Source of the DNA: Pseudomonadota bacterium
GTDB lineage: Bacteria; Pseudomonadota; Gammaproteobacteria; Burkholderiales; UBA9220
Reading direction: 5' to 3'
DNA: 64,000 bases
NCBI GenBank assembly: GCA_021845865.1
Contig: JAJZVC010000003.1
Coordinates: 25,618 to 89,617 of the forward strand
Below are positions 60,629-64,000 of the stretch, one piece after another (positions within the stretch are counted from its first letter, which is position 1; every line of letters begins with the position of its first letter). Position numbers and translations under genes: made by a program. A model generated the notes under the pieces. The model saw only the letters and a list, made by a program, of their open reading frames with translations. It had not been told where the DNA came from and made no database searches.

Positions 60629-61930
60629 TCAATCCTTGAGGCGGTATTCCGCCGAACGGGCGTGGGCCTGCAAGCCCTCGCCATAGGCGAAGGTGGCCGC
60701 GATGCGGCCCAAGGTATTGGCGCCGTCGGCGGACACCATGATCAGGCTGGAGCGCTTCTGGAAGTCGTACACCCCCAGGGGCGAGGAGAAGCGCGCCGTG
60801 CGGGAGGTGGGCAGCACGTGGTTGGGGCCGGCGCAGTAGTCGCCGAGGGATTCGCAGGTCATGCGGCCCATGAAGATGGCGCCGGCGTGCTTGAGCTTGC
60901 CCACCCAGGCTTCCGGGTCGGCCACGGACAGTTCCAGGTGCTCCGGGGCCACCTGGTTGGACACGGCGCAGGCCTCGTCCAAGTCACGCACCTGCACCAG
61001 GGCGCCGCGGTTTTCCAGGGCGGCGCGGATGATGTCCTTGCGCGGCATCTCCTCCACCAGACGGTTCATGGCCTCGTGCACCGCGTCGATGAAAGCGGCA
61101 TCGGGGGAAATCAGGATGGACTGGGCGATTTCGTCGTGCTCGGCCTGGGAGAACATGTCCATGGCGATCCACTCCGGATTGGTCTGGCCGTCGCACAGGA
61201 TGAGGATTTCGGACGGTCCGGCCACCATGTCGATGCCCACCACGCCGAACACCCGGCGCTTGGCGGCAGCCACGTAGGCGTTGCCGGGACCGACGATCTT
61301 GTCCACCTGGGGCACGGTCTCGGTGCCGTAGGCCAGGGCGCCCACGGCCTGGGCGCCGCCGATGGTGAACACCCGGTCCACGCCGCACACCGCGGCGGCG
61401 GCCAGCACCAGGTCGTTGACCTGGCCGTTGGGGGTGGGCACCACCATGATCAGTTCCTTCACCCCGGCCACCTTGGCGGGCAGGGCGTTCATCAGTACCG
61501 AGGAGGGATAGGCCGCCTTGCCGCCGGGCACGTAGAGGCCCACCCGGTCCAGGGCGGTGACCTGCTGGCCCAGCAGGGTACCGTCGGCTTCCCGGTAGCT
61601 CCAGGACTCCATCTTCTGCTTCTCGTGGTAGATCCGCACCCGCTGGGCGGAGACTTCCAGAGCCTGGCGCTGGTCGGCGGGAAGGCGCTCCAGGGCCTCC
61701 CGCAGGCGGGCCTGGGGCATTTCCAGGGCGGCCATGGAGCCGGCTTCCAGCTTGTCGAGGCGGCGGGTGTAGTCCAGCACGGCGGCATCGCCGCGATGTT
61801 TCACGTCGGCCAGGATGTCGGCCACGGTGCGGTCGACGGATTCGTCCTGGGCCCCTTCGAAGGCCAGCAGTTGCGACAGGCGGGCCTGGAAATCGGGCTC
61901 CGCGGAAGACAGGCGTTTGATGTTCAGCAT
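60629..61930 (-). CDS. hisD: histidinol dehydrogenase
   Basis: 433 aa reading [17 protein letters not shown]...AGPSE...QAEHD. Confidence 0.95.
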   Translation of the reverse strand: MLNIKRLSSAEPDFQARLSQLLAFEGAQDESVDRTVADILADVKHRGDAAVLDYTRRLDKLEAGSMAALEMPQARLREALERLPADQRQALEVSAQRVRIYHEKQKMESWSYREADGTLLGQQVTALDRVGLYVPGGKAAYPSSVLMNALPAKVAGVKELIMVVPTPNGQVNDLVLAAAAVCGVDRVFTIGGAQAVGALAYGTETVPQVDKIVGPGNAYVAAAKRRVFGVVGIDMVAGPSEILILCDGQTNPEWIAMDMFSQAEHDEIAQSILISPDAAFIDAVHEAMNRLVEEMPRKDIIRAALENRGALVQVRDLDEACAVSNQVAPEHLELSVADPEAWVGKLKHAGAIFMGRMTCESLGDYCAGPNHVLPTSRTARFSSPLGVYDFQKRSSLIMVSADGANTLGRIAATFAYGEGLQAHARSAEYRLKD

Positions 61931-61993
61931 GATGGGTTCGGCAAAACGGGCGGAAAGCGGGATTTTACCGGATTTGCCCGGCGCTGCGTTAGC

Positions 61994-63905
<1,912 letters not shown>

Positions 63906-63923
63906 TTACAGTGCTTTCGGTTG

Positions 63924-64000
63924 TCAGGCTTTGGCGGTTTCCAGCAACTGCTGGAGCTCGCCCTTTTCGTACAGTTCCTTGGTGATGTCCGCGCCGCCGA
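63924..64000 (-). CDS. C-terminal end of a probable monothiol glutaredoxin (Grx4/GrxD-like); 5' part outside the window
   Basis: The minus-strand translation ...GGADITKELYEKGELQQLLETAKA* resembles the Grx4 C-terminus (GGCDIV.EMYQ.GELQQL). Only 25 codons are visible. Confidence 0.45.
   Translation of the reverse strand, partial: GGADITKELYEKGELQQLLETAKA

Overview
GC-rich chromosomal segment with a betaproteobacterial-type gene order. This taxonomic guess rests only on synteny such as suhB/trmJ-cysE-iscR, dapA-bamC, sspAB-petABC and murA-hisGDCBHAFIE-hinT-tatABC; no database was searched. About 75 protein-coding genes are packed tightly, often with overlapping stop and start codons. I found no rRNA, tRNA, CRISPR array, IS element, integrase or prophage signal. 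From left to right the window holds: (1) housekeeping genes: Fe-S regulator and desulfurase, cysE, trmJ, suhB, mutS, slyD, bcp, dapA, bamC and class II ribonucleotide reductase; (2) a large flagellar block on the minus strand, fliE-fliFGHIJ-fliK and fliLMNOPQR plus fleSR, with two manually found sigma-54 promoters; (3) a plus-strand chemotaxis block: ParA-like ATPase, cheV, cheV, cheY, cheZ, cheA; (4) three co-directional signalling genes after cheA: EAL-HDOD, a kinase-like/Sel1 membrane protein, and an adenylate cyclase-FHA fusion; (5) typA, two RhlE-type helicases, arfB, an Fe-alcohol dehydrogenase, an aminotransferase, arsC, sspAB, petABC, nif3, a DegS-like protease, tatABC and the his operon. 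The signalling trio in (4) is my best candidate for something not yet described, but the case is built from motifs only. The clearest sequence anomaly is an apparent 1-nt frameshift near the 3' end of the essential gene murA. Many very long ORFs in the track (up to 1295 aa) are off-frame or antisense shadows of real genes in GC-rich DNA and were rejected. The track also uses non-ATG starts and the longest possible ORF, so I re-derived many gene starts by hand.
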